A DNA stretch of 64,000 nucleotides from Polynucleobacter sp. (GCA_044340835.1 JBIISV010000001.1:13837-77836); one strand, 5' to 3'; positions 40,412-49,593 are shown, numbered from the stretch's first letter. Numbers and translations are program-made. The notes: a model not told the origin generated them from the sequence alone.

Positions 40412-40944
40412 GTAGCTTCTTCTTTTTTATTTGAGCAATGCATACGCATCTCAAAGATCTTCTCGACTGATCTACCGCCAAAATAGGCCAGCATGACTAA
40501 CTGGCCCCATTCGCCAAGAAGCCTTACATAGGCTTCATTGATATCTATACCCATTGCTGATAGCAATGCAAATAACAGGTAGGCCGTGAGGATATAAACC
40601 AGAGTTCCTGGTCTGATGTTCTTCGATAACCTGGAGTCACTGCCCATATCGGATTGCCATCTGTTAGTGGCATTCTCTTGTGAGGCACGATGCATCTCAG
40701 CTAGAAGTTTAGATTCCTCTATTTCAAGTTCTTTTTGCTTAAGCGTGTATTGCAATAGAAGCTGCTCTTGCTCTATCTCTAATTGCTTGAGCTTGATGAG
40801 ATCCTCATGACTTGGATTCTCGGGAATGCGCGCCCCAATCTTGCTCTCAATGAATTCCTTGCCTTTAGCCTGGACTGCGCCCGCAAGTAAGCCAAGACCA
40901 TTGACGGCCAAGGTTTGGACTAGAGAGGTAATGATTGGAAGCAT
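40408..40944 (-). CDS. Putative holin (3TM holin-like)
   Basis: DSRLSKNIRPGTLVY, TM helices, YFGGRSVEK; 4-bp overlap with the endolysin. Confidence 0.75.
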   Translation of the reverse strand: MLPIITSLVQTLAVNGLGLLAGAVQAKGKEFIESKIGARIPENPSHEDLIKLKQLEIEQEQLLLQYTLKQKELEIEESKLLAEMHRASQENATNRWQSDMGSDSRLSKNIRPGTLVYILTAYLLFALLSAMGIDINEAYVRLLGEWGQLVMLAYFGGRSVEKIFEMRMHCSNKKEEAT

Positions 40945-40987
40945 GTCGTAAGTTCTTTTCTTGATGCTCGAAGGTATTGATAAGTAT

Positions 40988-41132
40988 GGAAGTCCACCGC
41001 CCCACTACCGCCTGGGCTGTTCTTTGGTGTTGGCAGTGGGGCGCAGTTACGCGCGCCCACACACCATGGTTACTTCAACACCCGCAGCCGCACCCAAACA
41101 CCTGCCGCTAGTGGTCATGGCGATGGCCTTCC
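40988..41132 (-). ncRNA. Candidate ~145-nt rod-shaped structured RNA
   Basis: Nested complementarity GGAAG/CTTCC, CCATCGCC/GGCGGTGG, CCACTA/TAGTGG, GGTGTTG/CAACACC, GTG(T)GGGCGC/GCGCCCCAC; GC-rich intergenic segment. Confidence 0.55.
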
Positions 41133-41138
41133 CTACTG

Positions 41139-41540
41139 CTAGCGTTTCTTGGCTCCTTTAGTTTCTTGCGGTAATTCTGGTTCGAAAGCTTTATCTAATG
41201 TTTGCTCTTGAGCCGGTAGTCGACCTTCAGCCATCAGTCCTTCTACGATCTCCATAAGACGATCACCATCATCCTCACCAAAGACTTTGGCTACGACTTC
41301 ATGTCCATACTTGGCGCAGAGTCTGTCGTACTCTTGTTCTGGAGTAATGATGGTTTTATTGGGTCGCTCAAATACCGTGACGTTCTCGCGCCCAAAGAGA
41401 TTACGAAGAATATTGGTTTCATACGGAGGCACATGCACATGAATTGTTGTAAACGCGTCCCTGCGCACCACCGCTTCCACTTCTCGTATTTGATAATCAC
41501 TATGAACTAGCTCCTTATGGCTTATTTGATTGTTTTGCAT
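41139..41540 (-). CDS. Phage hypothetical protein immediately downstream of capsid
   Basis: GGAGG RBS; 10 bp after the capsid stop; EYDRLCAKYG motif. Confidence 0.7.
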   Translation of the reverse strand: MQNNQISHKELVHSDYQIREVEAVVRRDAFTTIHVHVPPYETNILRNLFGRENVTVFERPNKTIITPEQEYDRLCAKYGHEVVAKVFGEDDGDRLMEIVEGLMAEGRLPAQEQTLDKAFEPELPQETKGAKKR

Positions 41541-41550
41541 GTCTTCCTCC

Positions 41551-42597
41551 TTATTGAATGGCTAATACCGCATGGGCATTTGCTCGTGAGATGGATAAAG
41601 CACAGCGTAGGTTCACCATGGCGTACATGGCAAGTGTGTCGTGCGGACGGATTGGAGCAACAATGTCTAAGTCATCATCCCGTAGCTTCATAAAGCGAGT
41701 GTTGAGGAAATAGCAACGCTTACTCCACTCCACCGTGCGATTGGCCATGGCATCGAGCTCATCAAACTGCGGATCCCAAATGATCTCTACCCCCTTGAAG
41801 GCCAAGCCAGTATTTACGCCCGCTCCTACGCCAGCATCGATGTACTTGGTCTCGCCTGATCCAGCAATATGGGTAACAGTGACTTGCTTGCGATAGGTAT
41901 CAATGAACTTGCCACCGGCGATGATGAAATCAGGGCTACCGCCATGCTTAATACATTGACGCCATGCAGTCTCCATCTCACCTACTAAGTTACCTGGCGA
42001 TGTTGAGGCAATATCTTTGACTGCGTAGTTACGCCAATAGCTTGCTTTGGCTCGATCAATACCGCCTACCGTACCGGCATCTGGGGCAAGGCTTACTAAG
42101 CTATCTAATCCGACTACCGCATCTGCGCCATGTGAGCCATCGCGATGCAACTCTAGGTCCAGCTTATTGAGAAAGCCTTCCCTCAAGACTTCTAATTGCT
42201 CGTCCAAGAGGTTGATCAGTTGTACGCGCTCGTTGTATTCCAACTGGAATCCTCGCGCTCCACCTTCTCTGACCTTAATGCCATTACTAAATAGCCTGTC
42301 ATAGTCAATATAGAGTCCATCTACCGCCCTGCGCCATGGGAATGAGGCCTGCTCAGTAGTATTTCGTTTATTGAACTTGACCGTCTCTTCGCCGAAGGCC
42401 CAGCTAAAGTTGCTGCCATGCTCTTTGCGGATGTTCTCGACTACGTTTTGTTTTGCCCCCAATAGGCTTTTACGCCCTTCCATGAGTTTTTTAAGGAAAG
42501 GTCGCTCTACCGCGATTTGATCGACCGGTAGATTGCGCAAGTACTCATCTAAGGAAACCTTAGCTAGCTCTTGCAAGTCTGTATTTGAAATTGGCAT
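41551..42597 (-). CDS. Phage major capsid protein
   Basis: ~348 aa; LINLLDEQLE, LELHRDGS, TVGGIDRAKASYWRN, GGSPDFIIAG, FKGVEIIWDP, RCYFLNT, NAHAVLAI resemble HK97-fold coat proteins; position after portal and scaffold. Confidence 0.82.
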   Translation of the reverse strand: MPISNTDLQELAKVSLDEYLRNLPVDQIAVERPFLKKLMEGRKSLLGAKQNVVENIRKEHGSNFSWAFGEETVKFNKRNTTEQASFPWRRAVDGLYIDYDRLFSNGIKVREGGARGFQLEYNERVQLINLLDEQLEVLREGFLNKLDLELHRDGSHGADAVVGLDSLVSLAPDAGTVGGIDRAKASYWRNYAVKDIASTSPGNLVGEMETAWRQCIKHGGSPDFIIAGGKFIDTYRKQVTVTHIAGSGETKYIDAGVGAGVNTGLAFKGVEIIWDPQFDELDAMANRTVEWSKRCYFLNTRFMKLRDDDLDIVAPIRPHDTLAMYAMVNLRCALSISRANAHAVLAIQ

Positions 42598-43046
42598 ATG
42601 CCACCCCATCAATAGTTATTTAAGAAATTGGTGGCTTCAATACCTGGTGATGGAGCGTGAACCCATCCATTGCTACGCTACTAGGCGCGACTCTAGCTTT
42701 AACGCATTGGTCTGAAGCAGTAGTTAGAGTTTTTAGCTCTCACTACATGAATTGATTATTACGTTGGTAGAAGTGGGGTTTGGATATTTCTGGAGTTTTT
42801 ATTGGCCGATTTATTCACATCGCTATGAGTCTTTATGCCCAATGTGTCATTGCGCCACCTTGGGCATAAAAGAGCGTTTCTTTACCTGTGGCCGTCAAGG
42901 GTGCGCAAGCCACCCCTTTGGGGTGCCCTTGACGGAATCACCTTCGCAGCAATTCATTGATAGTCATATGGTGATTTATTTTGTTGACTCTTTGAGGTTC
43001 GGCCTCTACATTGCTCATTCATCTAAACGAATACTGGAGAGGTCTC

Positions 43047-43652
43047 ATGGATAAAGAGCAGTGTTATTTCGCGCTTGATTTAGAGCTTAATAATGCCCAA
43101 GACAGTTCCACAGTAAATCCAAAGATCATTCAAATAGGGTTAGCGGTAGGAAGCTATCATGACTATGTCAATCAATCCCTATCTACGTATAAATGGTTCT
43201 TAGATCCTAAAGAGCCTATTTTTGAGTTCATCACCCAATTAACGGGCATTTGTAATCAGGATATTTCTGACTATTCAGTTCCACATGAACAAGTAGCTAA
43301 AGAAATTGGTGAAATTATTACTAAGCGCAATTGCTTTGTTAATCCCATTACCTGGGGCGGTGGCGATTCACTTGAACTGAAAGCTGAATTTAAAGATCGA
43401 GGTATAAGCTTTCCCCATTTTGGCCGTCGCTGGATCGATGTCAAAACTTGGTATAGCCTGCACATGCTTGCCATGGGCAAAAAACCCAGTGGCGGTCTAT
43501 CCTCAGGCCTAGGTTCTTTTAAGCTTCAATTTGAAGGCAGCCCACATAGAGCGGATGTTGATGCTCTCAATACCTTGAGGCTTTTCTTTGAAATCCTTCA
43601 CAGGCACAATCAGATATATCAGCTGGTAAGCGATGCAAAGGCTGTGAAATAG
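43047..43652 (+). CDS. DEDDh 3'-5' exonuclease
   Basis: ALDLE (ExoI), FITQLTGI, WGGGD, HRADVDALNT (ExoIII). Confidence 0.85.
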   Translation: MDKEQCYFALDLELNNAQDSSTVNPKIIQIGLAVGSYHDYVNQSLSTYKWFLDPKEPIFEFITQLTGICNQDISDYSVPHEQVAKEIGEIITKRNCFVNPITWGGGDSLELKAEFKDRGISFPHFGRRWIDVKTWYSLHMLAMGKKPSGGLSSGLGSFKLQFEGSPHRADVDALNTLRLFFEILHRHNQIYQLVSDAKAVK

Positions 43653-43763
43653 CCTTGTCTAAAGAGCCTAAATTAGGGTTATTTTGATTCTATAAGCACT
43701 TTTGTTGACATTAAACTATAATATATGCATAGTTGTTGACAATAATGGATAAATTGAGGCCCT

Positions 43764-45263
43764 ATGAGCACTTCTGTTGACCAGCTACCCCTCTTGCTTT
43801 TTAGCTCAAGAGAAGACAAAACCAACGCCCAGAGAATTTCCCGCTTGGCTAGGTCTGGGCGTTTGCGTCAAATTTATCGCGGCATTTACACCAGCGACAT
43901 CGCCAGCCCGCTCGAACAAATCATTCGGCCAAATTGGCGGCAAATTACCGAATATCTTTATCCGGGCTCTGTAATAGCCTACCGCTCTGCTCACCTTTGC
44001 AAACCGGATGATAGTGGGAATATATTTTTGGTGTCTGGCAATAGAGCACGTCAAATAGAATTTCCGGGGCTGACTCTAAATATCTTGCCAGGTCCTCCTG
44101 CAGTTCAATCGCACAAGGATTCGCTTAACGATACCCCTTATGGAAAACTCTTTATATCCTCGGAGGCTAGGCGGCTGTTAGAGAATCTCTATAGCCGCAA
44201 AGGCTCAGATCTTCGCACTATGGGTCGCCCATGGGTTGAGTCTTATTTAAGTAAGCTGTGCACCATACGTGGTGAACATAAGCTCAATGCACTGCGTGAT
44301 GACGCTAAAGCGATTGCCCCTGAATTGGGTCTAGAGGTTCAATTTAAAACACTGAACACGATTGTTTCCGCCTTAATGCAAACTGGTAAGGCTCGCTCTT
44401 TAAGGGCAGCTGATGCATTAGCGCGCGCAGCTGGTAAGCCTTATGATCCTGATCGTATTGAGATCTTCGAAACTTTATTTTCTGCTCTAAGAAAACCTTT
44501 TTCAATCATTCAAGATCCGGCGAAGACTGGCAAAAGTGCATTTAATTTTGCATTCTTTGAATCGTACTTTTCGAACTACATTGAAGGCACTACATTCACC
44601 GTCGAAGAGGCCTCCGAGATTATTTTCGATGGGAAAATCATTCCAAAGCGAAATGAAGATTCACATGATGTACTAGGTACCTTTAAAGCAATCATGGAGC
44701 AGCCCTTTCGCTCTAAGCCCCCAAAAGATGAAGATGATTTCTTAGCGTGGCTTTTGCAATGTAACCTCCAAATACTCTCTAGTCGCCCAGATAAAAATCC
44801 AGGTGAATGGAAAGAGCAAAGTAACCAAGCAGGAAATACTATTTTTGTTCACCCCGAGCTTGTTAAAGGCACTTTGCGGGAAGGATTCAAGCGCATCGCT
44901 TTACTGGAAGACCCATTTGCGCGCGCATTGATGGCGATGTTTGTAGTTACCGAAGTGCACCCATTTATGGATGGCAATGGTCGAACCGCGCGCCTAACCA
45001 TGAATGCTTACTTAACTCAACATTCCGCTTCTCGCATCATTATTCCCACAGCTTATCGTGAGGATTATTTGCTGCCATTAAAAGCGCTGTCTCAAAACAA
45101 TGATCCCAATCCTTTCATTCGATCCATGACTCGTGCATGGCGTTGGACCGCTGGATTTGATTATTCGAACTTCCCGAATCTTTGGGAAAAAATGAAGGTT
45201 TGCAACGCATTTACAGATAACCCTTCACAGTATCAATTGCTTGATCCTCACGATATAAGCTAA
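43764..45263 (+). CDS. Fic-domain protein with N-terminal AbiEi-like/wHTH region
   Basis: HPFMDGNGRTAR Fic motif; YFSNYIEGT; N-terminal GRLRQIYRGIY. Confidence 0.9.
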   Translation: MSTSVDQLPLLLFSSREDKTNAQRISRLARSGRLRQIYRGIYTSDIASPLEQIIRPNWRQITEYLYPGSVIAYRSAHLCKPDDSGNIFLVSGNRARQIEFPGLTLNILPGPPAVQSHKDSLNDTPYGKLFISSEARRLLENLYSRKGSDLRTMGRPWVESYLSKLCTIRGEHKLNALRDDAKAIAPELGLEVQFKTLNTIVSALMQTGKARSLRAADALARAAGKPYDPDRIEIFETLFSALRKPFSIIQDPAKTGKSAFNFAFFESYFSNYIEGTTFTVEEASEIIFDGKIIPKRNEDSHDVLGTFKAIMEQPFRSKPPKDEDDFLAWLLQCNLQILSSRPDKNPGEWKEQSNQAGNTIFVHPELVKGTLREGFKRIALLEDPFARALMAMFVVTEVHPFMDGNGRTARLTMNAYLTQHSASRIIIPTAYREDYLLPLKALSQNNDPNPFIRSMTRAWRWTAGFDYSNFPNLWEKMKVCNAFTDNPSQYQLLDPHDIS

Positions 45264-45341
45264 GTTGTAGACGAAAAAGGGCTATATCTGCTGTTTTGTA
45301 GACAAAATGAGGTGCTTATGGTGCCTAAAAACATTTCTGTC

Positions 45342-45370
45342 TACATGCCACTGATTTTGAGTGGCATGTA
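45342..45370. terminator. Hairpin between convergent fic and scaffold-like genes
   Basis: TACATGCCACT-gattttg-AGTGGCATGTA, 11-bp stem. Confidence 0.6.
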
Positions 45371-45382
45371 ATTCAGACTTAT

Positions 45383-46615
45383 CTATATTCCCATATTGCC
45401 TAGATGTTGAGCAATTCGATCCATTGGGTTTTCGGAGCTAGCCAGTGGCGCACCCAAGGTTGAGGTTCGCGCCCGAATAGGCTGAAGCGTCTGCAGTGGC
45501 GTGATCTTTACGTTGGCGAAGCTAGGCTCCGGCATCCCTATTGAGTCGTAGATGGATTCAATCGTAGATTGCCATTGCTCTGGTTTATTGGTTTGCACAA
45601 ACACCTGCATATAAAAAGGATCAGTCAGATACTTGTAAAAGCATTGAGCCTTAGCCGAATGATCAACCTCATCTTCGCGAGAGTTTAAGTATTTGATGAT
45701 CTGGTGCTTGGCATCTGATACTAGCTCGGCAGGTTTCTTCTGCTTGGTAGATGCTGACATTGCGTTATCAACAAATTGACTTTCGATTTCATATTTACGA
45801 AGAGCATCTTGTAAGCTCACCACAGTAACTTGCAAATCCTCAACCTGCTTTTCTAGATCTCGCTTTTCATTGATGATCTTTTGAATCCGCTCGCACCCAC
45901 GCTTTGACTTGATGTCGCCAGAGGCTTCTTCATTAGGCTTGTTATTGCTCTCAGGCCTCGAATCCGCAGGCCCAGGGTTCAATACCCGATTGATGAATTC
46001 TTCTGCGCTTTCAGTCTGAATGGCTGGCTGTGGGAGTACATCTACATTGATTGCAGCTGGTGCGGGCAATAACTCTCCCAGGTCATAAGCTTGAGGCTCT
46101 AGTTCGCCTTCAGGAGCGGTCATCATGGCAGGTACCTGTACCTCACCCTTGACTGGAGCAAAGATTGGCTCAACCGCTGAATCCTCTAACTCTTCTCCCT
46201 CTTCAATATCCTCAGATATTTGAGCAAGAGATGCGCTGGGCTTGGATGCTTTACTGAGGTCATCAAGCAAACTAGTAGCCTGACTTTTGGGCTCTGCTTT
46301 TTGTACCCTGAGCGCCTTTTGCTTTTCAGCTTCCTGCTCTTTAGCTAATTTGGCAACTGCTTGCTCCTCAGCTTTTTTTGCCTTTTCTTCATCGGATGCC
46401 TTCTGAGCTGCTGCTCTTTCGGCTAACTTCAGATCACGCTCTTCTCTTGCCTTTATTCGCCTGGCATGTACTTCAGCCGCATGTTTGTCTTCAGCCTCTT
46501 TCCTCAAGCGCTCGCGTTCTTTTAGCTCTTCCCTATTTTGAGCTCTTTGAATGGATCCACCATTGCTGAGAACCTCTGATTTAAAACTCGTTACTTCATT
46601 TGCCACCTGCGTCAT
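45383..46615 (-). CDS. Putative capsid scaffolding protein with long charged N-terminal region
   Basis: Overlaps the portal stop; E/K/A coiled coil; ERIQKIINEKRDLEKQ coil; C-terminal QPIRAR...LGNMGI. Confidence 0.55.
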   Translation of the reverse strand: MTQVANEVTSFKSEVLSNGGSIQRAQNREELKERERLRKEAEDKHAAEVHARRIKAREERDLKLAERAAAQKASDEEKAKKAEEQAVAKLAKEQEAEKQKALRVQKAEPKSQATSLLDDLSKASKPSASLAQISEDIEEGEELEDSAVEPIFAPVKGEVQVPAMMTAPEGELEPQAYDLGELLPAPAAINVDVLPQPAIQTESAEEFINRVLNPGPADSRPESNNKPNEEASGDIKSKRGCERIQKIINEKRDLEKQVEDLQVTVVSLQDALRKYEIESQFVDNAMSASTKQKKPAELVSDAKHQIIKYLNSREDEVDHSAKAQCFYKYLTDPFYMQVFVQTNKPEQWQSTIESIYDSIGMPEPSFANVKITPLQTLQPIRARTSTLGAPLASSENPMDRIAQHLGNMGI

Positions 46616-48554
46616 TGCTGATCTCCTCTTTTAATGAATTACTGTCGTTACTTATCTCGCTATTTACTCTTTGTCGCCTCTCAGAAAATAGATTGACTCC
46701 AAAGTTGGGGTCGACATATCCCTCCGCTTGCTTTTCTACATTCGGTATAAATAGATTTGAATCGATACGATCGTCATATCGCAAGACCGTTTCCCGTAGG
46801 AGATTACGGATATGTTCGTAATCCATTCCTCTAGCTTGTAGGTTTTGAATTTGTATTGATAGATTTGTAATCATTGGCAGGACTTTCAACCATCCTTCTT
46901 TTTCTTCTATGCTATCAGGTGCGCCAGTAGTGCCCGCTCTGATTCTGAGATCGACCATGTCAAAGATTCGATCTTTGGTAAGTGTTGGCCAGTCATAGGT
47001 TTTCTCTTTAGTGATAGTGAGCTGACCATCGACCATGGCTGTTCTGGTAATTGGCGCGCCCATATAACGCTCTACCTGTTCGCTTGTGAGTTCTTGCAAT
47101 AAAACCTGGGCGCTGTATTGCGCTATCTCTTGCAGCCAATCTTCTATCTGATCTTTGAATTCAAATACGCGTCCCGATAACGCTCTTTGTAAGATATTGG
47201 CTTCAGTAGCTGTCTTAGGTCTGACGACTGTTGAGCGCGCAGCATCTTGCAGCCCAGTAACTTGTTCCCAGTCATAACGTACTGCACTGGTGTCATATAC
47301 GATGGGATCTATCTTGGGATGCCCCCTAGGAATAATCACTTGATTAAGGGGCTTGCCTTCGGTATCCACGATGGTGATCTCACCAAATCGTGAATCAGCA
47401 TGCTTCTTGATTGTTTTCTCGTTGATATCAGCTGATGCCACCCACCCCGGAATGCAAAGGTCTCGATGCTGATTAAATCTATCTCTCGCTTCGTTATGCT
47501 CATCTTGCAGTCGTTCAGTCAGATCAACTAGGCTTGGCCCAACAAACTGACCGTCAACTACCTGATAAGGTAATAGGAAGAATGGGTACCAGCGCTCACC
47601 AGCCCTTGGTGGGGAATAAGGCTCACGCAGCCATTCAGACGCGCCCTCCACCATGGTGTAAACGCGCTGGGTAGCTCTATCCCAGATTTCCAAGACTGCG
47701 ATCTGCTGATCATCACTTACCGGACTTTTGCTTGCATCCATATGCATGGAGGCTAAGCGCCTGGCTTTCTTATGTGAGGGTTCGCCTTGGCCTGGTTGGT
47801 AGATCTTGGCGCTAGCGAGGTTCTGCTTATAGAGCGCTTCTGCTTGGCCACGCTTCATGGGGATGATTTGGCAGATCCAGTCCGCATCGGTGTAATCCCA
47901 GAATTCACAGATTGAGGGATCGATGAGGAGATTTTCTGTAAGAACTCTGTCGATTACTAGGCCTTCAGCAGATTGCACTTCTGATTGCTCATATAAGGAT
48001 TTGATGAGCTCTTCTAGCTCTGCCTTCTTAGCATCATGATCATGATGATGGATTGAATCATTGTCATGTAGGTCTTTATTTAGATCATGTATTGCTAGGA
48101 GGTTCTCTTGGGCATCGTTAATACGACCTTGTATGTATCCATCCTTGCTGGGATCTCTTTGATACATCACTTTAAGAATGCCGAAGCTACAGGTCAGCGC
48201 AGCCCTTACAGTAGACTTTGCTCGATTCTTTAATTGGGCATGCTCTAAGGCTCTATTGGTAACTTTTTCTAATGTTTTACAGAAGAGCTTGATATCCTCG
48301 CCCGAGTGGGTTGGGGTTGTGGAGATCTCTGGGTTTCTTGCGTATACATTTGGCAGAACGGCAGAGATAGTGCCGTGTATTAAATTGGCTCTAAGGCTGT
48401 AGAAGTCTTTGCTGGTTGGGTCTGCATTCCAATTAAAGCCGGCTACGGTATTACGGTTGTGTCTTACGCGTTTATGGAAGGTTGCCCAGTGAGCGCGCGC
48501 GTGGGTGATGCGGGCGGTCCATTTTTGCTGAAGAGGTTTCGAGTCTTGGGGCAC
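46596..48554 (-). CDS. Putative phage portal protein
   Basis: 652 aa; LPNVYARNPEI, VLEIWDR, LQDEHNEARDRFNQHR, EQVTGLQDAARS, KTATEANILQ (TATE motif typical of P22-like portals). Confidence 0.78.
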   Translation of the reverse strand: MPQDSKPLQQKWTARITHARAHWATFHKRVRHNRNTVAGFNWNADPTSKDFYSLRANLIHGTISAVLPNVYARNPEISTTPTHSGEDIKLFCKTLEKVTNRALEHAQLKNRAKSTVRAALTCSFGILKVMYQRDPSKDGYIQGRINDAQENLLAIHDLNKDLHDNDSIHHHDHDAKKAELEELIKSLYEQSEVQSAEGLVIDRVLTENLLIDPSICEFWDYTDADWICQIIPMKRGQAEALYKQNLASAKIYQPGQGEPSHKKARRLASMHMDASKSPVSDDQQIAVLEIWDRATQRVYTMVEGASEWLREPYSPPRAGERWYPFFLLPYQVVDGQFVGPSLVDLTERLQDEHNEARDRFNQHRDLCIPGWVASADINEKTIKKHADSRFGEITIVDTEGKPLNQVIIPRGHPKIDPIVYDTSAVRYDWEQVTGLQDAARSTVVRPKTATEANILQRALSGRVFEFKDQIEDWLQEIAQYSAQVLLQELTSEQVERYMGAPITRTAMVDGQLTITKEKTYDWPTLTKDRIFDMVDLRIRAGTTGAPDSIEEKEGWLKVLPMITNLSIQIQNLQARGMDYEHIRNLLRETVLRYDDRIDSNLFIPNVEKQAEGYVDPNFGVNLFSERRQRVNSEISNDSNSLKEEISNDAGGK

Positions 48555-48764
48555 ATGATATTTATAAATTACGTGTGGATGAGTCGTGAATGTATTTGGA
48601 ATAAATTTCGTGCTACGAAGACTATCAAGTAATAATTGGATAGATGACTATTCAATTAGAGCATACAGCTAAAGACCCAGAAAAGACGATTCACACTTCT
48701 TTAAAGAATACATAAAAGACAAATACTGTTAGCCTTAAAACATAATGACTCCGTCTTAATTACT

Positions 48765-49541
48765 CTATTTACCTGTAAAAATCGGAGGCCTCTTTTCAAA
48801 ATGAGCAAGAACACCCTCCTTATAGTCGTCAGTAGACTCAAGTGGTCGTCTGATATCTTGATCAACCTTGAGTGCCTCATTGAACGGCAAATCAATACCT
48901 GTATTAATTGATTTTTTTAAACCAGCCAAACCCAATGGACTAGTTAATTCAATGCTAGATACAAACTGAAGGGTAGTTGGCATCAAATCATCTATCGAAA
49001 CAACGCGATGAATCAATCCAAGACCTAATGCATCAGCTGCGTTTAACCTGCGGGCTGTAAAGAAAAATTCCTTAGCTTTAGCTTCTCCAATAATTCTTGG
49101 TAGCATAACAGCTCCACCTCCACTTGGATAAGCACCTAGTGTCATTTCAGGCCAACCAAACTGAGATTTATCAGATGCAATTCTAAGATCGCAATAAATA
49201 GCTAATTCAAGTCCACCGCCAAGACACCACCCATTTATAGTAGCGATAATAGGTAGGGATGAATTTCTAATAGCCATATTCAGATCAAAAAGGGAGCGGC
49301 TCTGGATCCATCTTTGATCTGGATCCAATGTACGCCTTTCTTTTAGATCAGTCCCGGCACAAAAAGCCTTTTCACCAGCACCAGTAATAATAATTGCACG
49401 GATACTGCTATCACTTTCAGCGCGAATGATAGATTCACGAAGATCGATAGCTAATTGGAGAGACATGGCATTCATTACCTCAGGCCGGTTCATTGTCAAC
49501 ACTAGTGCTGAGCCGTTTTTACTTTCAAGTAATGGGTTCAC
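48765..49541 (-). CDS. Enoyl-CoA hydratase/isomerase
   Basis: AFCAGTDLKE, NGWCLGGGLE, FGWPE. Confidence 0.9.
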   Translation of the reverse strand: MNPLLESKNGSALVLTMNRPEVMNAMSLQLAIDLRESIIRAESDSSIRAIIITGAGEKAFCAGTDLKERRTLDPDQRWIQSRSLFDLNMAIRNSSLPIIATINGWCLGGGLELAIYCDLRIASDKSQFGWPEMTLGAYPSGGGAVMLPRIIGEAKAKEFFFTARRLNAADALGLGLIHRVVSIDDLMPTTLQFVSSIELTSPLGLAGLKKSINTGIDLPFNEALKVDQDIRRPLESTDDYKEGVLAHFEKRPPIFTGK

Positions 49542-49593
49542 TATTAATCCGTTCGCAGTTCAAATATAAATACAAAAATCTTCTTAGGCTATG

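Larger units (their letters stand above)
37270..48554. mobile_element. Integrase-carrying phage-derived element (head and lysis genes only); right boundary uncertain and may include the cargo beyond
   Basis: tRNA-like scar at 37270, integrase, TA-like triplet, endolysin, holin, capsid, scaffold-like protein, portal. Confidence 0.75.

Noticed and set aside
40865-41161. ORFs 40865..41062 and 40961..41161 as possible spanins
   Set aside because: No lipobox or TM anchor; they overlap the holin or the structured GC-rich spacer
42533-43054. Plus-strand ORFs 42533..42715 and 42752..43054
   Set aside because: They cover hairpin-rich intergenic DNA, with atypical composition and weak starts
37270-48554. 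Complete inducible prophage
   Set aside because: No terminase, tail, replication or repressor genes in the window; cannot be called complete from this sequence
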